Of a stretch of DNA of 62,077 nt, positions 35,540 through 45,014 are shown piece after piece. Made by a program: the position numbers and the translations under genes. Under the pieces are notes generated by a model. That model worked only from the letters and a program-made list of their open reading frames with translations, searched no databases and had not been told where the DNA came from. Numbering within the stretch: the first letter of the stretch is position 1; every line of letters begins with the position of its first letter. Source of the stretch: an uncultured Candidatus Saccharibacteria bacterium (GTDB lineage: Bacteria > Patescibacteriota > Saccharimonadia > Saccharimonadales > UBA4665); assembly GCA_964527385.1 (NCBI GenBank), contig CAZGPZ010000001.1:1-62077 (forward strand), given 5' to 3'.

Positions 35540-36970
35540 ATGAAGAACAATACCTCCCTTGTTTATAGCGTTTTCTTGGTTGCCGGCGATTTCGTCGCCC
35601 TGCTTGCCGCCTTTACCATAGCCTACGTTCTCCGGGTGACGCTCGACCACACGCCGATCAGCGCCGACGTTCACGCCCTGACCTACATCAGCCTGCTTGC
35701 GACGCTTTTGCCGTTTTTCCTGGTCGTCTTCGCGTTGCTGGGGCTGTATAGTTCACGCGCGCAGTGGAACCGATTCAGGGAGTTTGGCAACCTCGCCGTC
35801 GGCTGCTTTATCGGCATCATGGGAGTCATCAGCTACAGCTACGTCGCGAACGTGCGGATTTTCCCCGCCCGGCTGGTTACCCTGTACGCATTTCTGCTGG
35901 CGTTCTTCTTGATATTGCTGTTCAGGACGATCGCCCGCGGCATCCGCCGCTCGCTGTTCCGTTATGGCATTGGCGTAACACGCGTGCTCGTCGTCGGCGA
36001 CACGCCATTGTCATTGGAGCTTATACGGCAACTCGCGAACACCACCGCGACCGGCTACCGAGTCGTCGGCGTGGTCGGCTGCCAGAACAACCACCCAGAA
36101 AGCGATATTGCTTGCTACGAAGACTTCGCGGCTGCGACGACGGCGCTTGGCCACCAGGTCGACATGGTCGCCCAGACGGAACTCTATACTTCGGACATCA
36201 AAAACAGCGAGATTTTGGTTTACGCCCAGGAAAACCACCTGGACTACCGCTTTACCCCTGGCAACAGCAGTATTTTCGTCGGCAAGCTAGAAGCCGAGCT
36301 ATTCCAATCGATCCCGGTCATAGCCGTCCACCAGACCGCGCTGATCGGCTGGGGACGCGTCGCCAAGCGTGCGACCGACCTCGTACTGGGCTCGCTGGCA
36401 TTAATCATTGCATCGCCCGTCATGCTTGCCGTCGCGGTTGCCATCAAGCTCTACGACGGCGGCCCGGTATTCTTCCGCCAAGAACGCATGACGCGCGGCG
36501 ACAAAGTTTTTAGGATCTACAAATTCCGCTCGCATAACCGCAAATACAGCGGGCTGAGCCCAGAGGAGGGTTTCGCGAAAATGGGACGCCCTGACCTGCT
36601 CGAAGCATACCGGGCGCATGCCGATTCCTTGCCGAACGACCCGCGTGTCACGCCAATCGGCCGGTTCATCCGCCGCACGAAGATCGACGAGCTGGGGCAG
36701 CTCATAAATGTCGTGAAGGGAGATATCAGCCTGGTCGGGCCGCGCGCCATCGTGCCCGGGGAATTGTCGGCATACAAAAAGCGTCATGCTATTTTAAGCG
36801 TCAAATCCGGCATTACCGGGCTAGCGCAAGTTTCGGGGCGCGACGATATCAGCTTCAGCGAGCGCCGGCAATTGGATTTGTACTACGTCCAGAATTGGAG
36901 CTTCTGGGGAGACTTGGTCATCATGGCCAAAACATTAGTTGTCGTGCTCGCCCACAAAGGCACTAGGTAG
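35540..36970 (+). CDS. polyprenyl-phosphate glycosyl-1-phosphate transferase (WbaP/EpsB-type priming sugar transferase)
   Basis: C-terminal PGITGLAQVSGR and DLYYVQNWSFWGDL motifs. Start at ATG 35540. Confidence 0.9.
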   Translation: MKNNTSLVYSVFLVAGDFVALLAAFTIAYVLRVTLDHTPISADVHALTYISLLATLLPFFLVVFALLGLYSSRAQWNRFREFGNLAVGCFIGIMGVISYSYVANVRIFPARLVTLYAFLLAFFLILLFRTIARGIRRSLFRYGIGVTRVLVVGDTPLSLELIRQLANTTATGYRVVGVVGCQNNHPESDIACYEDFAAATTALGHQVDMVAQTELYTSDIKNSEILVYAQENHLDYRFTPGNSSIFVGKLEAELFQSIPVIAVHQTALIGWGRVAKRATDLVLGSLALIIASPVMLAVAVAIKLYDGGPVFFRQERMTRGDKVFRIYKFRSHNRKYSGLSPEEGFAKMGRPDLLEAYRAHADSLPNDPRVTPIGRFIRRTKIDELGQLINVVKGDISLVGPRAIVPGELSAYKKRHAILSVKSGITGLAQVSGRDDISFSERRQLDLYYVQNWSFWGDLVIMAKTLVVVLAHKGTR

Positions 36971-36980
36971 CCAACCTTAA

Positions 36981-37009
36981 TTGACCCTGAGAAAATACCA
37001 GGCTAGAAT
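36981..37009 (+). promoter_or_regulatory. sigma70-type promoter TTGACC-17-TAGAAT
   Basis: TTGACC 36981-36986, 17-nt spacer, TAGAAT 37004-37009. Confidence 0.5.
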
Positions 37010-37075
37010 AAAGGCTACGAGTGGACAGCGGCAGCGTGCAGTAGCAACCGGTGAAGCAGCCCGCCCACCAAAAAC

Positions 37076-38389
37076 ATGACACCACAAACTGCGAGAAACA
37101 GATTACGGTTCCGGGACCGCCCGGCAACATCAGGCGCCCTGCCGAACGCCGGGCGCACTGCCCCGCCGACGGTCAAGCGCGCGATGAGCGTCGGGCAAAA
37201 CCTCGTGCCGCGCGGTTCTGCCGCCCGGCCTGTGGCGCCCCGTCCCGTCCCGGCACCAAAACAGCAACCACAAGTCACACAAAAAGACGCGCCCTTGCGC
37301 GTTGCCATCGTCCACGATTGGCTAGTTGGCGGCGGGGCAGAACTCGTCGTTGAGCAACTGCACAAGCTGTTCCCGGACGCGCCGATTTACACGTCGTATT
37401 GCACGCGCGAATGGCGGCGGCGGTTGGATGGCAAGGTCAAGACCGGCTGGCTACAGTGGTGGCCGTTTTCACGGTTACGCAAATATCTCGCCGTCTGTCG
37501 TATTTGGTGGTTCACCCGCCTGGACTTCACCGGCTACGACCTTGTCATCAGCAGCTCCGGCGCCGAAGCAAAAGGCATCCGCGTGCCCCACTCGACCATC
37601 CACATCAACTACTGCCACGCGCCGACACACTACTATTGGAGCCGGTATAACGAGTATATGGAGCACCCTGGGTTTGGCGCGTTCGACGGGTTGGCGCGGT
37701 TCGGGCTGAAACATTTGGTCGGCCCCTTGCGCAAATGGGACTACAAAGCCGCTCAGCGGCCTGATTACATCATTGCCAATTCAACGCATATCAAAGCCGA
37801 GATCCAAAAATATTATGATCGCAGCGCCACGGTTATTTACCCGCCCGTCTACACCGAGCGTTTCAAGGCGCTCGTCGGCACCAAGAAGCGCAAAGGGTTC
37901 ATCGTTTCCGGGCGGCAGACACCGTACAAACGCTTTGACTTGGCAGTCGTCGCCTGCACTAAGCTCGGCTTGCCATTGACTGTTATCGGCACCGGGCCGG
38001 AACATCGCCGCCTGCGGAAACTTGCCGGCAAGACCGTGACATTCCTCGGCAAAGTCAGCGACGAAGTATTGGAAGAAGAGTTCGCCAGCGCGAAGGCACT
38101 CCTGTTCCCGGGGCTTGACGACTTTGGTATCACGCCGCTCGAGGCAATGGCTGCCGGGACGCCAGTCGTCGCCTATAAAGCCGGCGGCGCGCTCGACTAT
38201 ATTATCCCGCACAAAACGGGCGTGTTCTTTGACGAACAAAGCGTGACCAGCCTCGCGAAAGCCCTGCGTGAAGTTACCAAAGAGCAATTTGCCAGCGTCG
38301 AGATTTCCCACTTTGCCGAGCGCTTCACGCGCGAACGCTTCCGCCGCAATATGCGCCTGCTCGTCAAAAAAGTCATGTCCGAAGCTTGA
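37076..38389 (+). CDS. glycosyltransferase family 4 (GT-B) with Arg/Pro-rich N-terminal extension
   Basis: The core starts at VAIVHDWLVGGGAELV and has a C-terminal FPGLDDFGITPLEAMAAGTPVV. The true start is uncertain: 37076, 37184 or TTG 37295. Confidence 0.8.
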   Translation: MTPQTARNRLRFRDRPATSGALPNAGRTAPPTVKRAMSVGQNLVPRGSAARPVAPRPVPAPKQQPQVTQKDAPLRVAIVHDWLVGGGAELVVEQLHKLFPDAPIYTSYCTREWRRRLDGKVKTGWLQWWPFSRLRKYLAVCRIWWFTRLDFTGYDLVISSSGAEAKGIRVPHSTIHINYCHAPTHYYWSRYNEYMEHPGFGAFDGLARFGLKHLVGPLRKWDYKAAQRPDYIIANSTHIKAEIQKYYDRSATVIYPPVYTERFKALVGTKKRKGFIVSGRQTPYKRFDLAVVACTKLGLPLTVIGTGPEHRRLRKLAGKTVTFLGKVSDEVLEEEFASAKALLFPGLDDFGITPLEAMAAGTPVVAYKAGGALDYIIPHKTGVFFDEQSVTSLAKALREVTKEQFASVEISHFAERFTRERFRRNMRLLVKKVMSEA

Positions 38390-38401
38390 AGTAATTGGCC
38401 T

Positions 38402-40183
38402 TTAGGCAGCCAAACCGACTTTGCCATCGTGCCTGACAACCAGTCCGGTGCGCTTTTGCCACAAGCCCAGCGCCCGCCGCACGCTGTCCGGCTGGCCCGC
38501 GTATAGCCCATCCAGCACTATGCTATCAAGGCGTGTCCACATTGCTTTTATGGCACCACCATCCTTGTCATGCGATGCGTCGAGCGGTATGTCTTTGCCG
38601 TCAGCCAAGTGTACGTGATAAACTCTGTCTTCGATGTACGCTTCGTCGGTATTGCGAGGGTCGTCGGCGTATCCGGCGTCGACACAATCATCCTTCGTGA
38701 CCGTTACGCCAAGGGCCGCGCGTGTTTCCTCGCCAAGCTCACGGAGCGCGGTCTGTAGCGGTGCTTCGCCAGGCATTTGCATGCCGCCGGGCACGCCCCA
38801 CACGCCATCCTTGCGTTTGATAAGCAATATCTCCGTGTAGCCCTGGCGGTTGATCCGCGTTACGACCATCGTGCCAGCAAAGTTCGGCCCATAGTTGCCG
38901 AGTTCGCCACGACCCTTCATGCCCGTCGGCCCCATCGGGTTCCGCGGTACGCCTCTCGCGTCCACGGACGGCTTGCCTTCGTAGCCTACAAAACCAGAAT
39001 CATAGTTGATCGATCGGCGCGGATCCGTTGGGTCGGCCCAGTATCTTTCCGGGTCGACTCCCGCCGGGTCGTTGGAACGATCGGCAGCCAACACGGACGG
39101 CGATGTATACGTCGGATAATCCGATGAATTATAAGCAGCTGGATCGAGCGTGTCCCAGGTGACGCCATCGGCGATCGGATACCTGGGCGGGTAGCCAGCC
39201 GGCTGTGATGTGCGGTCTTTGACGTGCCCTGGCAAGTGCCTATCAAGCGGAAAGTCGGCCGGGACCAACCGCTCTGCGGCCGGTATATGTTCTACGGCAG
39301 GCATGACGTCTTTCCAGACGTTCAGGGCAACGCGCAGCAGCGCTTGCATGCGGGCATTGAAACGGCCTTCTCCGCGCCGCGTGGCGGCGATGTGTGCAAG
39401 TGTTGCTTCCCCACGAAGGAAGCGGTCGTACGGCTGGAACGAGAGATGCGTCGAACTCGTTATCCGTGCCGGCGCATTTTCCCAGGCAGCCTGGTGGGTC
39501 TCGCCGACCATCCAGCCGGCGTTGGACAGGCGGGCTAGCATGTCAAATGCCCGCTCCTCGTCCGCCGATAATTCCCCATCACTGCGATACGGCAAGCTAT
39601 CCACTATCTGCCGTTCGGGCTCAGTGACAGCAACTGCCTTGAGCATTGCCTGCAGCCGTTCAGGCGAAGCCACCAGCCTTTGGGCATATTGGTTATCCGC
39701 CAGGAACTTCCCCAGGCCGAGCTGGCGGGCGGCATAGTTAACCGCATCGACGAAATCAATCTTGCCGAGAAAAGCCGGTACGTCCGTAACGGTGCCGATG
39801 CCAACCGCTTGCAGTGCATCCGGCAGGTACTCACGGGCAAGTACGCGTGGCACTTCCAGGATGTGATGATACTGCTCCGGGCTTACCTGTGCCGGGCGGC
39901 CATCACCGTCAAACAATGCTTGGAACGAGAGGCCGGTACGATTGGAGGCGCGCCAAAACACGTCGTACAACTCGCCCGAATCAACCTGGCCACCCTCTTC
40001 CCGCTGCATTCTCGCGGCGAGCACCGACGACACGCCGGCAACTACATCGCTCATCTCGCGGTTGCGGTCTTCAAAGCTCATCCCGAGCGATGCCAAGGCG
40101 TGCGCGCTTTCGTATGATTCGAGCGCGTTCAGCGTTTCAATGCGGGCGCCGGTCGGCTGTATGCCTGGTTGTGTTTCTGCCAT
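38402..40183 (-). CDS. NUDT9-type ADP-ribose pyrophosphatase fused to unknown ~320-aa N-terminal region
   Basis: WADP, RNPMGPTGMKGRGELGNYGPNFAG, IKRKDGVWGVPGGMQMPGEAPLQTALRELGEET (Nudix box) and GYADDPRNTDEAY. Confidence 0.8.
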   Translation of the reverse strand: MAETQPGIQPTGARIETLNALESYESAHALASLGMSFEDRNREMSDVVAGVSSVLAARMQREEGGQVDSGELYDVFWRASNRTGLSFQALFDGDGRPAQVSPEQYHHILEVPRVLAREYLPDALQAVGIGTVTDVPAFLGKIDFVDAVNYAARQLGLGKFLADNQYAQRLVASPERLQAMLKAVAVTEPERQIVDSLPYRSDGELSADEERAFDMLARLSNAGWMVGETHQAAWENAPARITSSTHLSFQPYDRFLRGEATLAHIAATRRGEGRFNARMQALLRVALNVWKDVMPAVEHIPAAERLVPADFPLDRHLPGHVKDRTSQPAGYPPRYPIADGVTWDTLDPAAYNSSDYPTYTSPSVLAADRSNDPAGVDPERYWADPTDPRRSINYDSGFVGYEGKPSVDARGVPRNPMGPTGMKGRGELGNYGPNFAGTMVVTRINRQGYTEILLIKRKDGVWGVPGGMQMPGEAPLQTALRELGEETRAALGVTVTKDDCVDAGYADDPRNTDEAYIEDRVYHVHLADGKDIPLDASHDKDGGAIKAMWTRLDSIVLDGLYAGQPDSVRRALGLWQKRTGLVVRHDGKVGLAA

Positions 40184-40277
40184 ATTCCCGTGTCACCTCG
40201 TTATCTGTTGATATGGGGTGGTATTATGAACGATTGCCGCTTAAAGTCAAATCCCTTTATCTGGCTTGATGCACCCC

Positions 40278-40353
40278 GTCATTCCCGCGACAGCGGGAAT
40301 CTAGTTCAGAATGAGTTATTTATTGCTGGATTCCCGGTCGAGCCGGGAATGAC
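40278..40353. repeat. bipartite palindromic repeat element, copy b
   Basis: GTCATTCCCGCGACAGCGGGAATCTAG, 21-nt spacer, CTGGATTCCCGGTCGAGCCGGGAATGAC. Confidence 0.85.
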
Positions 40354-40447
40354 AACCAAGGAGAGGTTCTGGGAATGAAAACCTTCGATCCGGCAAGAAT
40401 AAGCACTTATTTAATATCTCAGAAAGTTAATTATAGTAATTTAGAGC

Positions 40448-40484
40448 TTGACTTTTCTATGAATGAGCTATAATTAACGTCATG
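40448..40484 (+). promoter_or_regulatory. glmS promoter: TTGACT-15-TATAAT, 7 nt before ATG 40482; leaderless
   Basis: TTGACT 40448-40453, TATAAT 40469-40474. No SD, and no room for a glmS ribozyme. Confidence 0.55.
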
Positions 40485-42314
40485 TGCGGTATCGTAGGTT
40501 ATATTGGAAACAAGCAAGCCAGCACAGTCGTCCTGGACGGGCTCAAAGCGCTCGAATACCGGGGCTACGACTCAGCCGGCCTGGCAGCCCTGACGGGCAT
40601 ACAAACCATCAAGCTCCTTAAGACCGTCGGTCGCGTGCAGGCGCTCCAAGATATGGTTGAGGAGAACCAGCTTGGCAAGAGCGTCAACGCCATCGGCCAC
40701 ACCCGTTGGGCGACGCATGGCGTGCCAAGCGACCGGAACGCCCATCCCCACGCCAATGCCGACGGAACGATTTATGTCGTGCACAACGGTATCATCGAAA
40801 ACTACCAAGATATCAAGGCTAAGCTGCAATCCAAAGGCTACGTCTTCGTGTCCGAGACAGATACAGAGGTCGTGCCCCACCTTATTGATTACTATGTCCA
40901 CGAAGGCTTGCCTTTCGATGGTGCGTTCAAGGCCGCGATCCGCGATTTGCGCGGCGCGTACGCCATCGTCGCATTATCGACGCTGGAGCCGGACAAACTA
41001 TTCGCCGCAAAGCTGGGCAGCCCGCTTGTCTTAGGTGTTGGCGACCACGAAATGATCGTCGCGTCCGACGCGAACGCGCTCATCGAACATACCAACCGTG
41101 TCGTATACGTAGAAGACGGCGAGACACTCGTCGTTAGCCGCGACACATTCAAGATCGAGGAATTAAAAGATGAAAAACCGGTCAACCACAAGGTCGAGCT
41201 GCTAGAAGGCAGTGCCGAAGCGGTCAGCCTGGGCTCGTACCCGCATTTCATGCTCAAGGAAATATACGAAGCGCCGGCGACGATCAAGAATGCCACTGCC
41301 GGGCGCGTCCTGGCTGATGCCGGCATCGTAAAGCTCGGCGGGCTGGAAGCCATCCGGGAACAACTCGGACACATCGACCGGATCATCATCGTATCGTGCG
41401 GCACGTCGTACTACGCCGGGCTACTCGGCGAATACTTGATTGAGGAATTAGCGGGCATTCCGGTGGACGTCCAACTCTCCAGCGAATTCCGCTACCGAGA
41501 AGAACCCCTGTCGCGCAGCACCGCGGTGCTCGCTATCTCGCAGTCGGGCGAAACTGCCGACACCATCGCAGCGCTGAAAAAAGTCGAGAATTACGGCATG
41601 CTGCGCTTGGGCATCGTAAACGTTGTCGGCTCGACGATCGCCCGCATGACCGACGCCGGCGTCTACTGCCACGCTGGCCCAGAGCAATCCGTCGCCAGTA
41701 CCAAGGCGTTCATCGCCCAGGTGTCCATCCTTTTGCAAATCGCGCTGCTATTGTCACGTGGCGATCAGCCGCTCTACAAGCCGCTGCTCAAGGAACTAGA
41801 AGCATTGCCGGCAAAAGCCGAGGCGGCGCTGAAGCAAGCCCCGCTCGTTGAAAAGCTCGCCAAGAAATACAGCCATGCCCGTGACTTCCTGTACATCGGC
41901 CGGCGCCAGGGATACCCTGTCGCGCTGGAAGGCGCGCTCAAGCTGAAAGAACTGTCCTACATCCACGCTGAAGGCAGCGCCGCCGGCGAGATGAAACACG
42001 GCCCGATCGCCATGATCGACGAACAATTCCCCACCTTTGCTATCGCGACCGACTCCGACCTGCTTGAAAAAGTCTATTCCAACATCGAAGAAATCCGGGC
42101 GCGCAAGGGACCCGTCGTCGCCATCGCCACTGAGGGCAACCAGCACATTGAAAAGCTTGCCGACGACGTCATCTACATTCCGAAAACGTTGCCGCAGACA
42201 TCCGCCATCCTCGAGGCAATCATCGTGCAGCTCTTCGCCTACTACGTCGCCGTGGAGAAGAAACTCGACGTCGACAAACCCCGCAACCTAGCCAAATCCG
42301 TCACCGTCGAATAG
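40482..42314 (+). CDS. glmS: glutamine--fructose-6-phosphate aminotransferase
   Basis: MCGIVGY N-terminal nucleophile, tandem SIS domains and the C-terminal AKSVTVE. Confidence 0.97.
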   Translation: MCGIVGYIGNKQASTVVLDGLKALEYRGYDSAGLAALTGIQTIKLLKTVGRVQALQDMVEENQLGKSVNAIGHTRWATHGVPSDRNAHPHANADGTIYVVHNGIIENYQDIKAKLQSKGYVFVSETDTEVVPHLIDYYVHEGLPFDGAFKAAIRDLRGAYAIVALSTLEPDKLFAAKLGSPLVLGVGDHEMIVASDANALIEHTNRVVYVEDGETLVVSRDTFKIEELKDEKPVNHKVELLEGSAEAVSLGSYPHFMLKEIYEAPATIKNATAGRVLADAGIVKLGGLEAIREQLGHIDRIIIVSCGTSYYAGLLGEYLIEELAGIPVDVQLSSEFRYREEPLSRSTAVLAISQSGETADTIAALKKVENYGMLRLGIVNVVGSTIARMTDAGVYCHAGPEQSVASTKAFIAQVSILLQIALLLSRGDQPLYKPLLKELEALPAKAEAALKQAPLVEKLAKKYSHARDFLYIGRRQGYPVALEGALKLKELSYIHAEGSAAGEMKHGPIAMIDEQFPTFAIATDSDLLEKVYSNIEEIRARKGPVVAIATEGNQHIEKLADDVIYIPKTLPQTSAILEAIIVQLFAYYVAVEKKLDVDKPRNLAKSVTVE

Positions 42315-42331
42315 CTTTGTCTGTCCTGTGC

Positions 42332-42424
42332 GTCATCCCCGGCTTGACCGGGGATCCAGTAGGAACAAGGCATAGCTATGGGCTATACATCATGTTTGTG
42401 GATTCCCGTTTGCACGGGAATGAC
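42332..42424. repeat. bipartite palindromic repeat element, copy c
   Basis: GTCATCCCCGGCTTGACCGGGGATCCAG, 38-nt spacer (containing the palindrome CATAGCTATG), GTGGATTCCCGTTTGCACGGGAATGAC. Confidence 0.85.
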
Positions 42425-42450
42425 GAGATTTGGAATCAATAGATAATCCT

Positions 42451-42723
42451 TTACAAATCACGGTAAATTTCTTTGCGGTGCCCGACTTTGATAACCAAAA
42501 CAATAAGCTCTTGATCGCGTATCTGGTAAATGATCCGGTAATCCGAATACCTGATACGGTACAGGTCTGTCGCGCCCTTCAGTTTCGTGCTGCCGGCAGG
42601 CCGCGGTTCCTGCGCAAGCCCAGTTATCTTTTGCACGATTTGTTTTCTTACCGATACCGCCAGCTTTCGCAGGTCTTTGTCGACCGACTTCTTGTACAGA
42701 AGCCGGTACACTTTTGCTACCAT
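42451..42723 (-). CDS. type II toxin, RelE/ParE family
   Basis: 90 aa. ...LKGATDLYRIRYSDYRIIYQIRDQELIVLVIKVGHRKEIY. Confidence 0.85.
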   Translation of the reverse strand: MVAKVYRLLYKKSVDKDLRKLAVSVRKQIVQKITGLAQEPRPAGSTKLKGATDLYRIRYSDYRIIYQIRDQELIVLVIKVGHRKEIYRDL

Positions 42724-42725
42724 GG

Positions 42726-42944
42726 TTATAGTAGGCCTTCGGCTTTGTATGTCTTGACGAGATCGGCGAACGAGTCTTCTTTTTCTGCTGCCCGTGCCTG
42801 AGCGTCCTCAATATCTTCTATGTCCTCAAGGATCTGGTACTTTACGGCATCCTCGACTAAGCTGGATATACTCCTGTCGGACTGTGCCGCCCGCAGCTTC
42901 AATGTCCTGAACAATTTGTCGTTGATGGTGATAGTAGTACGCAT
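42726..42944 (-). CDS. ribbon-helix-helix-type antitoxin
   Basis: 72 aa, 2 nt upstream of the toxin gene. MRTTITINDKLFRTLKLRAAQSDRSISSLVEDAV. SD AGGAGA. Confidence 0.7.
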   Translation of the reverse strand: MRTTITINDKLFRTLKLRAAQSDRSISSLVEDAVKYQILEDIEDIEDAQARAAEKEDSFADLVKTYKAEGLL

Positions 42945-43035
42945 AGTTTTCTCCTATATGTCATCATAGCATTTATGCATCATTGCATCAATACGACGTT
43001 TTACTATCATGACATGTTTCCGTAGAGGATTGCTC

Positions 43036-43100
43036 GTCATTCCCGGCTAGACCGGGAATCCAGTAATTATGGATTTTGGATTCCGAATCTTGCCCGATGA
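43036..43100. repeat. bipartite palindromic repeat element, copy d (right half degenerate)
   Basis: GTCATTCCCGGCTAGACCGGGAATCCAG at 43036-43063, then a decayed TTGGATTCCGAATCTTGCCCGATGA. Confidence 0.7.
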
Positions 43101-43150
43101 TGAATGTGCTGAGGGGTGGGGTACAATAGATGTACAAGAATGGAGGGTTT

Positions 43151-44530
43151 ATGCCTGATTCAAAGCCTGTTGTTACAGTTCTTGGGTGCGGGTATGTTGG
43201 CGTGACGACTGCTGTGGTGCTCGCCAATTGCGGCATCAAAGTCTACGCCATCGAACCAATGCCGGCGCGGCTGAATATTCTGAAGCGGGGCAAATCGTTT
43301 TTCTACGAAACGGGCGTTGACGAACTTATCAAACGCGCCGTCGATACGGGCATGCTCACCTTCACCGATTCGTACGAAGCTTCCGTACCAAACAGCTCGG
43401 TTGTCTTTTCGTGCGTCGGAACACCGGATAACGCCGACGGCAGCTCCAATCTCACGTACGTCTTTAACTCCGCCGAGGAGACCGCCAAACATGTTAAGCC
43501 CGGCACCATTTTCGCGCAGAAAAGCACCGTCCCGGTCGGCACCGGCGCCCGCGTAATCGAACTGTTCAAAAAGGGTGGCGCTGATGTGCGCTACGTCTCG
43601 AACCCGGAATTCCTGCGCGAAGGCACCGCCATCGCCGACACGCTGTGGTTCGACCGCATCGTCGCCGGCAGCGACGACCAGGCAGCCGCGCAGGCCATCT
43701 TGGACTTATATAAAGTCATCGAGCAGCATGCTGATGAAGTGGGTAAAATCGCAGGTACCGAAAAGCCAAAGTCAGCACCAGTGCCACAGTATATGCTGGT
43801 GTCCCGCAACAGCGCCGAGCTGATTAAGGTCACAGCCAACGCGTTCCTGGCGCTCAAGATTTCGTTCGCCAACTCCATAGCAAAACTTGCAGATTTGGCT
43901 GGCGCCGATGTCACGCAAGTCATGGACGGCGCGGGTTCCGACCGCAGGATCGGGCGTGCCTTCCTCAATGCCGGGCGCGGCTATGGCGGCGGTTGTTTCC
44001 CCAAGGACGTCAGCGGCCTGATCCGTAGCGCCGAGGAATACGGCGCCGACATGGAGATAATGCGTGCCGCCGTCGAAGTGAATGAATCAATGCCGCATTA
44101 CGTCATAGAGAAAGCAAAAACCGCGCTCGGCGACGCGTCCAGCGACAACGTATTCGACGGCAAGAAAGTTGCCATACTCGGACTGTCGTTCAAGGCAGGC
44201 ACCAGCGATGTCCGCAAGTCGCCGGCAATCACGATCGCCAACACCCTTGCCGAGCAGGGTGCCGACGTGCGGGCATACGACCCGGAAGCGATGGACGAAG
44301 CGCGCGAAGATTTGGACAAATCGGTCAAACTCGCTAATTCTGTTGATGAAGCAGTAAAAGGCACCGACATAATCTTCGTCACCACCGACTGGCCGGAATT
44401 CGTTTCGATGGACTTGAAGAAGCTCGCCAAAGATTCCGGCGCCAAAGTCTTTGTCGATTGCATGAACCGTTTCACCAGCGCAACTGTATCCGCCGCCGTT
44501 TTCACCTATGTTGGCATTGGCAAACCTTGA
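43151..44530 (+). CDS. ugd: UDP-glucose 6-dehydrogenase family nucleotide-sugar dehydrogenase
   Basis: SD GGAGGG then ATG 43151. VLGCGYVGVTTA Rossmann motif and catalytic GGGCFPKD. Confidence 0.9.
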   Translation: MPDSKPVVTVLGCGYVGVTTAVVLANCGIKVYAIEPMPARLNILKRGKSFFYETGVDELIKRAVDTGMLTFTDSYEASVPNSSVVFSCVGTPDNADGSSNLTYVFNSAEETAKHVKPGTIFAQKSTVPVGTGARVIELFKKGGADVRYVSNPEFLREGTAIADTLWFDRIVAGSDDQAAAQAILDLYKVIEQHADEVGKIAGTEKPKSAPVPQYMLVSRNSAELIKVTANAFLALKISFANSIAKLADLAGADVTQVMDGAGSDRRIGRAFLNAGRGYGGGCFPKDVSGLIRSAEEYGADMEIMRAAVEVNESMPHYVIEKAKTALGDASSDNVFDGKKVAILGLSFKAGTSDVRKSPAITIANTLAEQGADVRAYDPEAMDEAREDLDKSVKLANSVDEAVKGTDIIFVTTDWPEFVSMDLKKLAKDSGAKVFVDCMNRFTSATVSAAVFTYVGIGKP

Positions 44531-44641
44531 TATCATCAATACTCCTCAAGATAACCGACACAGAATTTTCACACCTACATACGTCGTAGGCTTGTACACC
44601 GTGTTTATAGTGAGTATAGTAGCGTAAAAGATTTAAGCCAC

Positions 44642-44986
44642 ATGACCAAGCGACTTGCTGCCGATGAAGCAGCTTATAAAATAGCTATTACATCAGGGAC
44701 TTTGGTGCCTCTTCACTTAGAAGTGCCGATCTATGATTTTCACTACTGGAAAATCATCGAAAACCGTTTCCCGCATTCCAAAATAGCGAACGAGAACCAT
44801 TTACTCGTACTAAAACGTGAGTGCGCTATTACCCATATATTGCCAGCTGAGTGGGCGGAATTTTTGGAAATCATGCAACAGATCAGCCATCTATACGACA
44901 ATATTACTTATAATTTGCCAGGCATGAGCAGCGTGAAGAATGTAGTTCACTACCATTTATACCGGCTCAAGCCAGAATATAAATAA
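44642..44986 (+). CDS. hypothetical protein, possibly HIT-like
   Basis: 114 aa. C-terminal VVHYHLY resembles a histidine-triad motif. Weak call. Confidence 0.45.
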   Translation: MTKRLAADEAAYKIAITSGTLVPLHLEVPIYDFHYWKIIENRFPHSKIANENHLLVLKRECAITHILPAEWAEFLEIMQQISHLYDNITYNLPGMSSVKNVVHYHLYRLKPEYK

Positions 44987-45014
44987 TACTTTTCCCTGAT
45001 CAACATGAACCATT

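Noticed and set aside
40354-40481. Possible glmS ribozyme upstream of glmS.
   Set aside because: The -10 box sits 7 nt from the ATG, so there is essentially no 5' UTR. The AT-rich upstream DNA shows none of the conserved glmS-ribozyme core helices I could recognise.
44574-44590. Hairpin CCTAC-atacgtc-GTAGG after ugd as an intrinsic terminator.
   Set aside because: The stem is only 5 bp with no following U-tract, which is too weak to call.
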